Part shown: positions 36,401 to 45,889 of the stretch, in pieces
How positions within the stretch are numbered: the first letter of the stretch is position 1
Layout of the letters: each line of letters opens with the position of its first letter
Assembly (NCBI GenBank): GCA_051313645.2
Contig: JBNRSN020000003.1
Location: forward strand, 51,212,001 to 51,276,000
Length of the DNA stretch: 64,000 nucleotides
Reading direction: 5' to 3'
Source: Centroscyllium fabricii
Lineage: Eukaryota
Position numbers and translations under genes: made by a program
Notes under the pieces: model-generated
Told to the model about the DNA's origin: nothing
The model's database searches: none
What the model saw: only the letters and a program-made list of their open reading frames with translations

Positions 36401-37226
36401 GACCATGGTCGACCGCAGCACCCGCTGGCCAGAAGCGGTCCCCCTCACCGCTACCACCACCGCGGACCTGGCCAGGGCCTTCATTGCCACCTTCACGTCA
36501 GACAGGGGCCCCCAATTTACCTCAACCCTATGGGCAACCATCGCCCACGACCTCGGGGCAACCCTGCACCGAACCACCGCCTACCAACCACAGGCCAATG
36601 GCCTCTGCGAGAGGTTCCACCGCTCCATCAAAGCTTCCCTGCGGGCCAGCCTTAAGGACGCGACCTGGACCAACCGCCTGCCCTGGGTAATGCTCGGCCT
36701 GCGTTCAGCGGCCAAAGAAGACCTGCACGCCTCAGCGGCGGAACTCGTCTATGGCCAACCGCTAACCGTACCGGGCGAGTTCGTCGCGGACACCAATGAA
36801 CCCTGGTCAGCCGACCGCTGCCTCAAGGAGTTCAATAACCAGGCAGCGGCGTTCAAACCACTTCCGGTGGCCCGGCACGGAGAGCCGGCAGCACGTGTTC
36901 CAGATGGCATCGAGAATGCCAAGTATGTGTTTGTCCGCCACGACGCACATCGAACACCACTACAGCCACCGTACGACGGACCGTACAGAGTGCTTCGGGC
37001 GGGACCTAAAACGTTCCAGATAAAAATGGGCAACAGAGCTGAGACTGTCTCAATCGACCGGCTCAAACCGGCACACGTAATGGCGGGCGAGACAACAGTC
37101 CCCGCGCAGCCACCAAAACGCGGACGCCCTACCGCACCAAAACCCGCCCACACTCCCACGCAGAACAAGGAGCAGCGCACGACACGTGCTGGCCGCATCA
37201 TCAGGCCACCTCAACGCCTCGCCTGA
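33444..37226 (+). CDS. Gypsy single-frame Gag-Pol polyprotein (Gag, protease, RT, RNase H, integrase)
   Basis: 1260-aa ORF: LPEFW...AAWF Gag, CYYH...C knuckle, CDTGA protease, YLDD RT, TDASD RNase H, HHCC and D,D,E integrase, GPY motif. True start codon uncertain. Confidence 0.95.
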   Translation: MPAGSQTARLHRLGQNYGQIPNLPEFWELRPAAWFLSTENTYRIHGIQGDDRYSLLFAALSQTTVDRMWSSIQHEPTAGRYESLKATLLKKFTPTQFERDCQLINLPELGDADPTDLWAQMEALNCDPATIKRALFLLKLPPSVRPALTVLDHYTKEQLAEEADKLMMAERTRAATCQPTAAPPEQYYAHPKSEPRPVRTRKKPRTTGPGWCYYHTRFEDKAQRCVQPCTFKPQTSPSPTMSVGRSGALLFVTDSGSGLRFLCDTGAQHSIVPASPAETKQGTQGPPLEAANGSEIVTFGTRQLTIKLAGHTYKWDFITAQVKIPLLGADFLCAHGLLVDVTRRRLVDIHNMSTIPCSTGPAHQTYAASHCRARNSDTYATLLTEFPALTNPTFTARTAKHEVEPHITTTGPPVHAHARRLDPAKLEIARAEFHIMEQLGIICRSSSPWASPLHIAPKPGGGWRPCGDYCRLNNATTPDRYPVPNIQDFSARLAGCTIFSKIDLVRGYHQVPVHPADVPKTAVITPFGLFEFLRMPFGLKNAAQAFQRLMDSVLRDLQFTFVYLDDILVASTSPQEHLLHLKALFNRLVEHSLILSPSKCRFGLEMIDFLGHHISQTGAIPLPSKVQAVQEFPRPHSIKGLQEFLGMVNFYNRFIPGAAALMAPLYHATRGQSNKAAVEWTAEATTAFTATKTALANATLLTHPRPNARVALTTDASDRAVGAVFEQWTGDSWQPLAFFSRQLRPPEVKYSAFDRELLALYLAVRHFRFLLEGRHFTAFVDHKPLVSAMAKISEPWSARQQRQLAAVSEFTTDIQHIAGRDNVVADCLSRPTINSVQTAVDYAKLAADQLTDPDLLDPATNLPGLLLATVAHGPTATEVRCDASLPQPRPVVPHAWRRHIFQTLHDLSHPGVRASTKLISAHFVWRSLRKDVRAWTNTCNACQRAKVHKHIKAPLETIAIAARRFSHVHIDLVGPLPPSRGHTHVMTMVDRSTRWPEAVPLTATTTADLARAFIATFTSDRGPQFTSTLWATIAHDLGATLHRTTAYQPQANGLCERFHRSIKASLRASLKDATWTNRLPWVMLGLRSAAKEDLHASAAELVYGQPLTVPGEFVADTNEPWSADRCLKEFNNQAAAFKPLPVARHGEPAARVPDGIENAKYVFVRHDAHRTPLQPPYDGPYRVLRAGPKTFQIKMGNRAETVSIDRLKPAHVMAGETTVPAQPPKRGRPTAPKPAHTPTQNKEQRTTRAGRIIRPPQRLA

Positions 37227-37949
37227 GACTCAACTTTTATGCTCCATTTTTTTATTTTTCTTTATGCTCCTTTCTACTTTAGGTTAAACTTTGCTCTCCC
37301 TCACAGATTCTGGGGGGGAGCTGTGTGGCGACACGCCCACCAGGACCATCGAATCCGCCTCGGGAGTACTGCGAGACGGCCCCGCCCGCCGGGCGGCGTG
37401 ATGACGTCACCGCGACTTCCGGCGTGATGACGTCGCCAGGTGGACACCCGGCAGTGACGTCACCAACCGCGGGTCCTTTAAATACCCTGGTTCCAGGTGG
37501 CTCAGCCTCTTTGCTACCTGGCCATAGTTGGGTTAACATTAAATGACTGTTTTCCGAATTCTCTGTGTCCAGCGTGGTTCTTCAGGCCTGCATGCTCTGC
37601 AATACCATCCTAGACACAGCTGCAAATTGTGTTGGAACTGTACTAGGCAATATAATGGGACTGGGGGAATGCTCTGAATGATTTGACAGTGTAAAACTTT
37701 GAATAGGTGCATCCACAATCATATTTTTAATCCCCATATTTGAATAATGTATACAATTCCACAGTAGGCCTATTAGCTTGATTACAGAGGACCCATTAGA
37801 TGTCTGAAATATGAATTACATTTGATAACTTTGCATAGCCATTTAGAAGTGAAAGAGCATGATTAATATGCTGAGAATAATTTTTGGATAATAATAGATG
37901 TTTACAACTTCATTTGAGAACCGATTGTTGCAGCCAGTGAGCATGATGT

Positions 37950-38095
37950 CCTTTCAGCCCTGGGTCCTGGGTTTGTATCCATCCCAGAATGTTAAGATGA
38001 AAGTCTCCTCTCTCGGCTGACACAGCTTGTTCATGAAATGAGTTTGGGGAGTCTTAATGCAGTTCTCACTGGGCGTGGATCCACAACACAAACCT
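37950..38095 (+). mobile_element. Old SINE resembling the LF-SINE 5' half
   Basis: cctttca..ctgggttt..atcca.cccag...gaaagtc...tgaaatgagtt...cagttc...tccacaacacaaacc, collinear with the recalled LF-SINE consensus. Confidence 0.5.
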
Positions 38096-38390
38096 GTCCG
38101 GGAATAAAGTGGCAGATTCACTCAGTGGTACCAAAAGGATGTCTGGTATATCCAGCAAAAGACGTGAGCTCCATTTTTAGGGCAGAATAGAGGAAGTAAG
38201 ATAAGATAAGATTCAATTTATTGTCATTGTAAAGTGAACATACACAAAATAACGAAATGCTTCAGGCCTTTGCTGTACCTGAGTTGGGAGTGCTTGATAC
38301 TAACACCTATGTATATTTGGATGATATCCACTGTGGATGTAAGCTGCATTTTGGATTTTAATCTCCTATTTTTTTTTCTTTTATCAACAG

Positions 38391-38483
38391 TTGAATCGAA
38401 GTGACAGTGACAGCTCAACATTAGCCAAAAGATCGCCTTTTGTGCGCAATGCCATGGAACGGCGAAGCTTGCGAGTTAAAAGG
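38391..38483 (+). CDS. WWC2: WWC2 exon, aPKC-binding region
   Basis: strong polypyrimidine tract then caacag|TTG...AGG|gtacgt; [31 protein letters not shown]. Confidence 0.95.
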
Positions 38484-38796
38484 GTACGTCTTGTTACCAG
38501 TTCGCCAAAAATATCTACATATTGGGAAAAAGAAAATCTTACCTCAGAAAAATATTAATAAAGTTCTTTGGGACTGTGGCGACACATTCTGCCACGGAAG
38601 AGTGGGATCTGGGTTGTAGCCAGTCTGGGCTGCCAGAAGAGCGTTATTATAATACCATCCTAGGTATAGCTGCACAATGTGTTGGGACTGTACTGGGCAA
38701 TAGGACTGGGGGGATTCTATGAAGGTTCTGAATGATCTGACAGTGTCCACAATCACATTTTTAATCCCTATGTTTTAATGATGTATACAACTTCAC

Positions 38797-39130
38797 GTGA
38801 AAGAAGTCACACAGCACCAGGTTATAGTCCTAACAGCTTTATTAGAAATCACAAGCTTTCGGAGCGCTGCTCCTTCGTCAGGTGGAGTGTAGAGATGCGT
38901 ATAGGCACAGCATATATAGTCAGAGAACACTGCCAGATGATTACAGGTAGTTTTTCTAACTGCCCTTTATCACACCTCGACAGAGCGATAATCACAGCAA
39001 TCAAAGGTGTGAATGGTGCCCAAACAGGTCAGTCAGGAAAACATTCCATCAAAGAACAATGAGCTGGGGTCACAAGGGGTCAAATGTTGCAGTGCTGGGG
39101 TCTGTATGAAAAACAAAAAATAAACTAGAA
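38797..39130 (-). mobile_element. Penelope-like element pLTR fragment
   Basis: homologous to 32360-32680. Confidence 0.8.
38850..38884 (-). ncRNA. Minimal hammerhead ribozyme motif
   Basis: minus strand reads cac-CTGACGA-a-ggagc/agc/gctcc-GAAA-gctt-gtg. Confidence 0.7.
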
Positions 39131-39469
39131 ACCATAGTAGAGCTATTAGCTTGATTATAGAGGACCCATTAGATGTCTGAAATATGAGTTCCATTTGGTA
39201 ACTTTATATAGTCATTTAGAAGTGAATCGGTATGATTAGTACGCTAAGAATAGTGCAACGAGGATAATTTTACAATTTTGCCCTCTTGGCACAATGAAAG
39301 GATATATTGGGAATTCAATATATTGGTGGTCAGCATGCTTGATTCACTGCCTGCAGGATTTACTGCGGTTTATAATTTACCACGTGTTTCATAGAATTTT
39401 TTTTTTCCTTTCACTCTTTTATGATAAAACAATTACAAAACAACATTACAGAGCTCAAGTCACAGCTCC

Positions 39470-39770
39470 CGGCAAAGTCGCAAGCTCTCATGCCTACAGG
39501 GCAGGGGTCAAAGTCGCAAGCCCTCATGCCTACAGGGCAGGGGTCAAAGTCCAAGCCCTCATGCCTACAAGGCAGGCACATGGGGAGAAGGCAGGGACGG
39601 GATGCTGGGTTTGGATGATCAGCCATGATCTCATTGAATGGCGGAGCAGGCTCGAAGGGCCGAATGGCCTACGCCTGCTCCTATCTTCTATGTTTCTATA
39701 AGGCAGGGGTCAAAGTCACAAGCCCTCATGCCTACAAGGCAGGGGTCAAAGTCACAAGCCCTCATGCCCG
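39470..39770 (+). repeat. 36-bp minisatellite interrupted by a SINE/LINE tail fragment
   Basis: ggcaggggtcaaagtcacaagccctcatgcctacaa, about 5 units; insert at about 39578-39698. Confidence 0.85.
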
Positions 39771-39879
39771 CAAGTCTCTCCAAGCTTGTGTTTCATAGAT
39801 TGTTTGTTTGCTTGCGCCTCTACTTATTTTCCAATAATCCAATATAACAATAACGACTTCTAGTGGGTTTAACTGCTTT

Positions 39880-42230
39880 TAGAACATAGAACATAGAACA
39901 ATACAGCACAGTACAGGCCCTTCGGCCCTCAATGTAGTGCCGAGCATGGTCCGATATGAAATACTGCTATCCCCCCCGCCACCCCAACCTTCATTGCACT
40001 CCATGTGCCTACCCAATAATCTTTTGAAGGCTCCCAAATTGTCCGACTCCACTATTTCAGCAGGCAGTCCATTCCACACCCCGACCACTCTCTGGGTAAA
40101 GAATCTGCCTCTGACATCCTTCCTAAATCTTCCACCATGTATCCTATAGTTCTGCCCTCTTGTAACCGTTACACCCACCCGAGGAAATAGCCTCTGAACG
40201 TCCACTCTATCCATCCCCTTCATCATCTTATAAACCTCTATTAAGTCGCCTCTCAACCTCCTTCGCTCCAAAGAGTAGAGCCTCAGTTCCCTCAACCTCT
40301 CTTCATAAGACCTACCACCCAAACCAGGTAGCATCCTGGTAAATCTCCTCTGCACTCTTTCCAATGCCTCCACATCCTTCCTATAGTGAGGTGCCCAGAA
40401 CTGCACACAATATTCCAAGTGTGGTCTCACCAGGTACCTGTACAGTTGCAGCATAACCCCACGGTTCTTAAACTCAAATCCCTTGTTAACAAATGCCAAC
40501 ACATTATAGGCCTTCTTTACAGCTTTATCCACTTGAGTGGCAGCCTTCAGTGATTTCTGGATATGAACCCCAAGATCCCGTTGTTCCTCCACATTCTTCA
40601 GAACCTTGCCGCTGACCCTGTACTCCATATTCATATGTGTCCTAACAAAATGAACCACCTCGCACTTGTCAGGGTTAAACTCCATCTGCCACTTTTCGGC
40701 CCAGCTCTGCATCCTGTCAATGTCTCTCTGCAGCCTATTACTTCTCTCCACCCCATCCACTACTCCACCTATCTTGGTGTCATCCGCAAATTTACTGACC
40801 CACCCTTCAGCCCCCTCCTCCAAGTCATTGATAAAGATCACAAATAGCAGAGGACCCAGCACCAACCCCTGCGGCACACCGCTGGTGACTGGTCTCCAGC
40901 TCGAGTATTTTCCATCCACCACCACCCTCTGCCTTCTATGAGATAGCCAGTTACTTATCCACTCGGCTAAATTTCCCTCTATCCCACAACTCCTTACTCT
41001 CATCATGAACCGTCCATGGGGAACCTTATCAAACGCCTTACTAAAATCCATGTACACGACATCAACTGCCTTATCTTCATCTACACACTTAGTTACCTCC
41101 TCAAAGAATTCAATCAAATTTGTTAGGCACGATTTACCCTTCACGAATCCGTGTTGACTATTCCGGATTACGTTGCCACTTTCCAAATGGTCATAAATCC
41201 TATCCCTCAGGACCTTTTCCATTAACTTACCGACCACCGAAGTAAGACTAACCGGTCTATAGTTACCAGGTTCATTTCTATTACCCTTCTTGAACAGAGG
41301 AACCACATTCGCCACTCTCTAGTCCTCAGGCACAATCCCCGTGGATAGCGAGGATCCAAAGATCAACGCCAAGGGCTCTGCAATCTCATCCCTTGCCTCC
41401 CAAAGAATCCTAGGGTATATCCCATCTGGCCCAGGGGACCTATCGACCTTCAGCTTATTCAAGATTGCCAGTACCTCTTCCCTTTGAATATTTACCTCAT
41501 TCATCCTATCCACCTGTATCCCACTCTCATCCTCCAATCCACGGCCTCTCTCCCTGGTGAACATTGACGAAAAGTACTGATTCAAAGCCTCTCCTATCTC
41601 TTCTGACTCCATGCACAAATTCCCCCTACTGTCCTTGACCGGCCCTACCCTTACCCTGGTCATTCTTTTATTCCTTACGTAAGAATAAAAAGCTTTAGGG
41701 TTCTCCTTGATCCGTCCCGCTAAGGACTTCTCATGCCCCCTCCTAGCTCTCCTCAGCCCATTTTTTAGCTCAGTCCTTGCTACCTTGTAGTCCTCGCGCG
41801 CCCCTGCTGAACCTTGTTTCCTCATCTTCCTTTTTCCTTTTGACTAGACTTTCGACCTCCCTTGTGTACCATGGTTCCCTCGCTCTACCATTTCCTCCCA
41901 GCCTGACAGGGACATGCGTATCTAGGACACGCAGTATTTGTTCCTTGAACAAGCTCCATTTTTCGTCCGTGCCTTTCCCAGCAAGTTCCTGTTCCCATCC
42001 AATGCTCCCTAATTCTTGCCTAATCGTATCATAATTACCCCTCCCTCAATTATGTTCCTATCCCTCTCCATTGCTATAGTGAAAGTAACTGAATTGTGGT
42101 CACTATCACCAAAGTGTTCTCCCACAACCAAATCCAACACTTGGCCCGGTTCACTACCCAATACCAAATCGAAAGTTGCCCCACCCCTTGTTGGTCCATC
42201 CACATATTGCGTCAGGAAACCCTCCTGCTT
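39880..42230 (-). mobile_element. Young 5'-truncated CR1 LINE
   Basis: 478-aa uninterrupted RT/C-terminal ORF, preceded in frame by a 168-aa ORF across a single TAG; (agaacat)n tail. Confidence 0.95.
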
Positions 42231-42257
42231 TTGATGCATAGTTCCCAAAGGTCCCTG

Positions 42258-42645
42258 GGCGGCACGGTGGCACAGTGGTTAGCATTGTTGTCTCACAGCA
42301 CTGGCGACCCGGGTTCAAATCCAGCCTCGGGTACTATCTGTGTGGAGTTTGCACATTCTCCCCGTGTCTGCGTGGGTTTCCTCCGGGTGCTCCGGTTTCC
42401 TCCCACAGTCCAAAGATGTGCGGGTTAGGTTGATTGGCCATGATAAATTGACCCTTAGTGTTAGGGGGATTGAATATGTGGGGTTACGGGGATAGGGTGG
42501 GATATGTGTCGATATAGGGATCGAGGGATATGGGGAGAGGGCAGGGGCGGGGTTTGGATGATCAGCCATGATCTCATTGAGTGGCGGAGCAGGCTCGAAG
42601 GGCCGAATGGCCTACTCCTGCTCCTAGTTTCTATGTTTCTATGTT
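42258..42645 (+). mobile_element. HE1-like V-SINE
   Basis: full head, V-domain and CR1 tail. Confidence 0.92.
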
Positions 42646-43393
42646 TGAATGTGTTGTCACATGATGGGACAGCAGTTGCCAAGGGAAATGGGATGTTAAG
42701 AGTTAAAATAAGATCTTTAGAATTTAAATCCAATAAGGTGGTCCTGATACTCTTTGAGGAGTATTACGGAGCCAACAAATTAAACTATGATGTCCAATTT
42801 TGGTTACTGTAGCTACAAAAAGACATAGAGGTAGTGAGTCTAAGGAAACAGTTCCAGATGTTAGATTATTGTAAAGCACTGAAAGCAGGTTAAGCAAGTT
42901 CGATCATTTCACACTGAGAAAATAATGTGTGTTCATGGAGGAGGGGGATCATGATCCAAGTTTTTACAATCATGAAGGCAATTGCAACAGTGTTTTTTTT
43001 ATATATATGTACATTTTGTATGGGAAGGAGAAAGGAAATAGAAGGAATATAATTACTGCATAGGGCAAAGAAACCGCAATTTCAACATCAGAGGGCCAAT
43101 TTTATGAATGGATGTTCACACTGGGGAGCCATGTCCTCTGGCTGCACATACCTGAAAATTATGGTGCACTGCCCATGGTTTCCCATAGGGACAGAAATTC
43201 AAGAACAGCGCACTCGTGATTTCCAATCGGTGTGGCCAAAGGATAAGTATGCCTGCTGGGAGACCACACTCATAAAATAAGGCCTCATTTCTTGGCACAA
43301 TGGGGTTCTTAGCGAATTACAACCCCCTTAAAAAGTCTTATCTAGTGGTGTAGTGCAGTGAATGCCACTCAGCTAAATCATTCAGTAAGATAA

Positions 43394-44217
43394 TGGCCCG
43401 TATATTCCGATGCCTATGGGTGGGTACGAGGTGTGTACACACCCGTAGGGACATTGGAAATGTCGGTTTCGGGCATCGGACGCCTGCCCTGGAGAAGGGC
43501 CTCTGCGGGAGGAGAGAGTTCCGCTTTCTGCAGAACCTCCGCCCGCTGAAAACCCTTAGGAATCTTACGCCTGGTAAAAGCGCAAGGCCTGCTTTTACCA
43601 GAAAAGCAGGTATACATTCAGCAATATTTAAGATCCACAGGTCTAACAAAATATGCTGTAAGGCCTGCTTTTACCAGCATAACAGTTCAAAAAAGTAAAA
43701 AAAATACTTTTTATTCGCTCATTTACAATTAAAAAATACTTTTTAAAAAAGGTAAGTTTATTTTTTCTCTTTTCTTCTTTATTTTTCTTTTTTCTTTTTT
43801 TTTCCTTTTCTTTTAGCCCCGTAAAAAACATTAATTTTTTTTCAAAAAATTAAATTTTTGTTTAAAATATTTAATTTAATGCAATTTTAACTCATTTTAA
43901 AAAGTGGTGGTTTTTTAATTTATTTAAAGTTTTAGTGTCTTTTTAGGGTGATCTCCATTCATATATTTGACTGGTCTATCTGTCAACTGTATGAAGGGAG
44001 ATTCCCTTCTCCTATTGGCTGGCCTGGCCCACGTGATCCTGGGGTTGCTTGCGAACTGCCTGCGCCCCTGGGATACGTGGGCCCTGCGCATTTCGACTGT
44101 GGAGAGGCCCAGGAGCGGAAGTGTCCGGACCTCAGGAGCCCTCAGGTAAGTTAGTCGATTCTTTTCCGATAGGAGGCCTCCACATGCAGGAAGCCTCCTA
44201 TCGGAAATTATGGGCAA
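43394..44217. mobile_element. Harbinger-like MITE
   Basis: TIR-like tggcccgtatattccgat / atcggaaattatgggca; AT-rich core. Confidence 0.7.
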
Positions 44218-44295
44218 ATGAAAAGATTCCAGCTTCAAAAAGGATAGGAATACGGATCAGGAGGAAAACAAAATTGATTTGTGCAGGACCTGAAT

Positions 44296-45158
44296 AAGAA
44301 CATAAGAAATAGGAGCAGGAGTAGAACATACAGCTCTTCGAGCCTGCTCCGCCATTCAATAAGATCGTGGCTGATCTTTGCCCTTAACTCAACTTTCCCG
44401 CCCGATCCCCATATCCTTTGATTCCCTAGGAGTCCAAAAGTCTAGCGATCTCAGCCTTGAATATACTCAATGACTGAGTTTTAGGGAGAGGCGATGGTGT
44501 AGTGGTTATGTCACTGGACTAACTAGTAAGCCAGAGGCTCAGTCAAATGCTCTGAGGATATGGGTTCAAATCCCACCACGGCAGCTGGTGGAATTTAAAT
44601 TGAATTCAATTTAATTCTGGAATTTAAAAATGTTAGTCTTAGTAATGGCGACCACGATATCATTGTCGATTGTTGCAAAAACCCATCTGGTTCACTAATG
44701 TCCTTTAGGGAAGGAAATCTGCCGTCCTTACCTGGTCTGGCCTACATGTGACTCCAGACCCACAGCAATGTGGTTGACTCTTAATGCCCTCTGAAATGAC
44801 CTAGCAAGCCACTCAGTTGTAAACAACTGCTACGCAACATTGTGGGTGTACCTACACCATATGGACTGCAGCGGTTTAAGAAGGCGGCTCACCAGCATTT
44901 TCTCAAGGGCAATTAGGAATGGGCACTAAATGCAGGCCTAGCCAGCCAGCGACGCCCACATCCCATCACCGAATAAAAAAGGCCTCTGGGGTAGACAATT
45001 CCAAAGATTCACCACCCTCTGAGTGAAGAAATTTCTCCTCACCTCAGTCCTCAATGGCGACCCCTTATCCTGAGACAATGCCCCCTAGTTTTAGACTCTC
45101 TAGCCAGGGGAAACAGCCCTGCCCTGTCAAGCCCTCTCAGAATCTTAGATGTTTCAAT
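44296..45158 (-). mobile_element. CR1 3' fragment interrupted by a tRNA-SINE (about 44484-44980, + strand)
   Basis: CR1 tail taagaacataag; SINE head ggcgatggtgtagtggtta...gggttcaaatccc; SINE tail matches the 3' end of the 20455-22500 LINE. Confidence 0.8.
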
Positions 45159-45294
45159 TAAAAGAACAATGGAATCAGCTGGCTGCATTGAATGACCAGT
45201 GTTTGCAAGCTAGAAATTAAGAGAACAAGTGTTCTGAAATCATTTAAAATCCTTTACTCCATCTGTGTGATTTTGTTTTGCTGTCCCGGTGCAG

Positions 45295-45534
45295 ACCCTC
45301 TGCCAACCGCTTGTGAGAAGAACTGCAGAGCATCCCATCCGCACCTCTCTCGACTTGGAGCTGGATTTCCAAGCATCACTGACGTGGCAGAGTCGTCTGA
45401 ATGATGAGCTACAAGTTCTCAGGGAACTAAAAAATAGGTTGGAGGAGGTGAAAGCTAAGGGGGAGACAGAACTACCCACGTGGGTGATGGAGGATGACAG
45501 GTTCCAGAAGCTTTTGAAACAAGCAGAAAAACAG
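45295..45534 (+). CDS. WWC2: WWC2 exon, C-terminal coiled coil
   Basis: tgcag|ACC...CAG|gtatat; TLCQPLVRRTAEHPIRTSLDLELDFQASLTWQSRLNDELQ...FQKLLKQAEKQ. Confidence 0.95.
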
Positions 45535-45889
45535 GTATATACATTCAGCAATATGTAAGATTCACAGGTCTAACAAAATATGCTGTGATGGTGGTGACCT
45601 GTTAATCTAATTTTTTTTGCTTCTATCTTAACTGATACTGAATGGCTGTCTGGCACTGACTCTGATCAGGCTTATTAAAGTGGGACTATAAAATTCTTCA
45701 GGCACTTCTGGCAAGACATAATTAAATAATGTGATAGCTACAAAGAGCAATACCAGCATCTAGTGGCAGAATATCAGTATTGCAACTGTATGGTGTCTAG
45801 GTCCTCTGAAATAGTAGAAACCACTGTAATAGTTTAAAGTCCTAAACAGAAGGCCTGAGGCCAGCCCAAAATTGGACCTCGAATCCCTT

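Larger units (their letters stand above)
33068..37601 (+). mobile_element. Near-intact Ty3/Gypsy LTR retrotransposon
   Basis: 278-bp LTRs TG...CA (33068-33345, 37324-37601) differing at 3 positions; 4-bp TSD ATAC; PBS TGGTGACCTCGA; PPT GGGGGGGAG just before the 3' LTR. Confidence 0.97.

Noticed and set aside
33566-37201. Many long antisense and alternate-frame ORFs overlapping the Gypsy ORF
   Set aside because: Expected shadows of GC-rich, stop-poor coding sequence; no recognisable domains.
38573-38585. actgtggcgacac matches the Gypsy 5' junction (33066-33078)
   Set aside because: Only 13 bp with no further LTR homology; chance match cannot be excluded.
42258-42330. tRNA gene-like sequences (also at 20773, 49835, 15040, 44484)
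   Set aside because: They are SINE heads followed by V, Deu or other SINE bodies, not complete cloverleaf tRNAs.
45754-45770. Isolated CTCF-like motifs (also about 55211-55227)
   Set aside because: Single imperfect matches are expected by chance in 64 kb.
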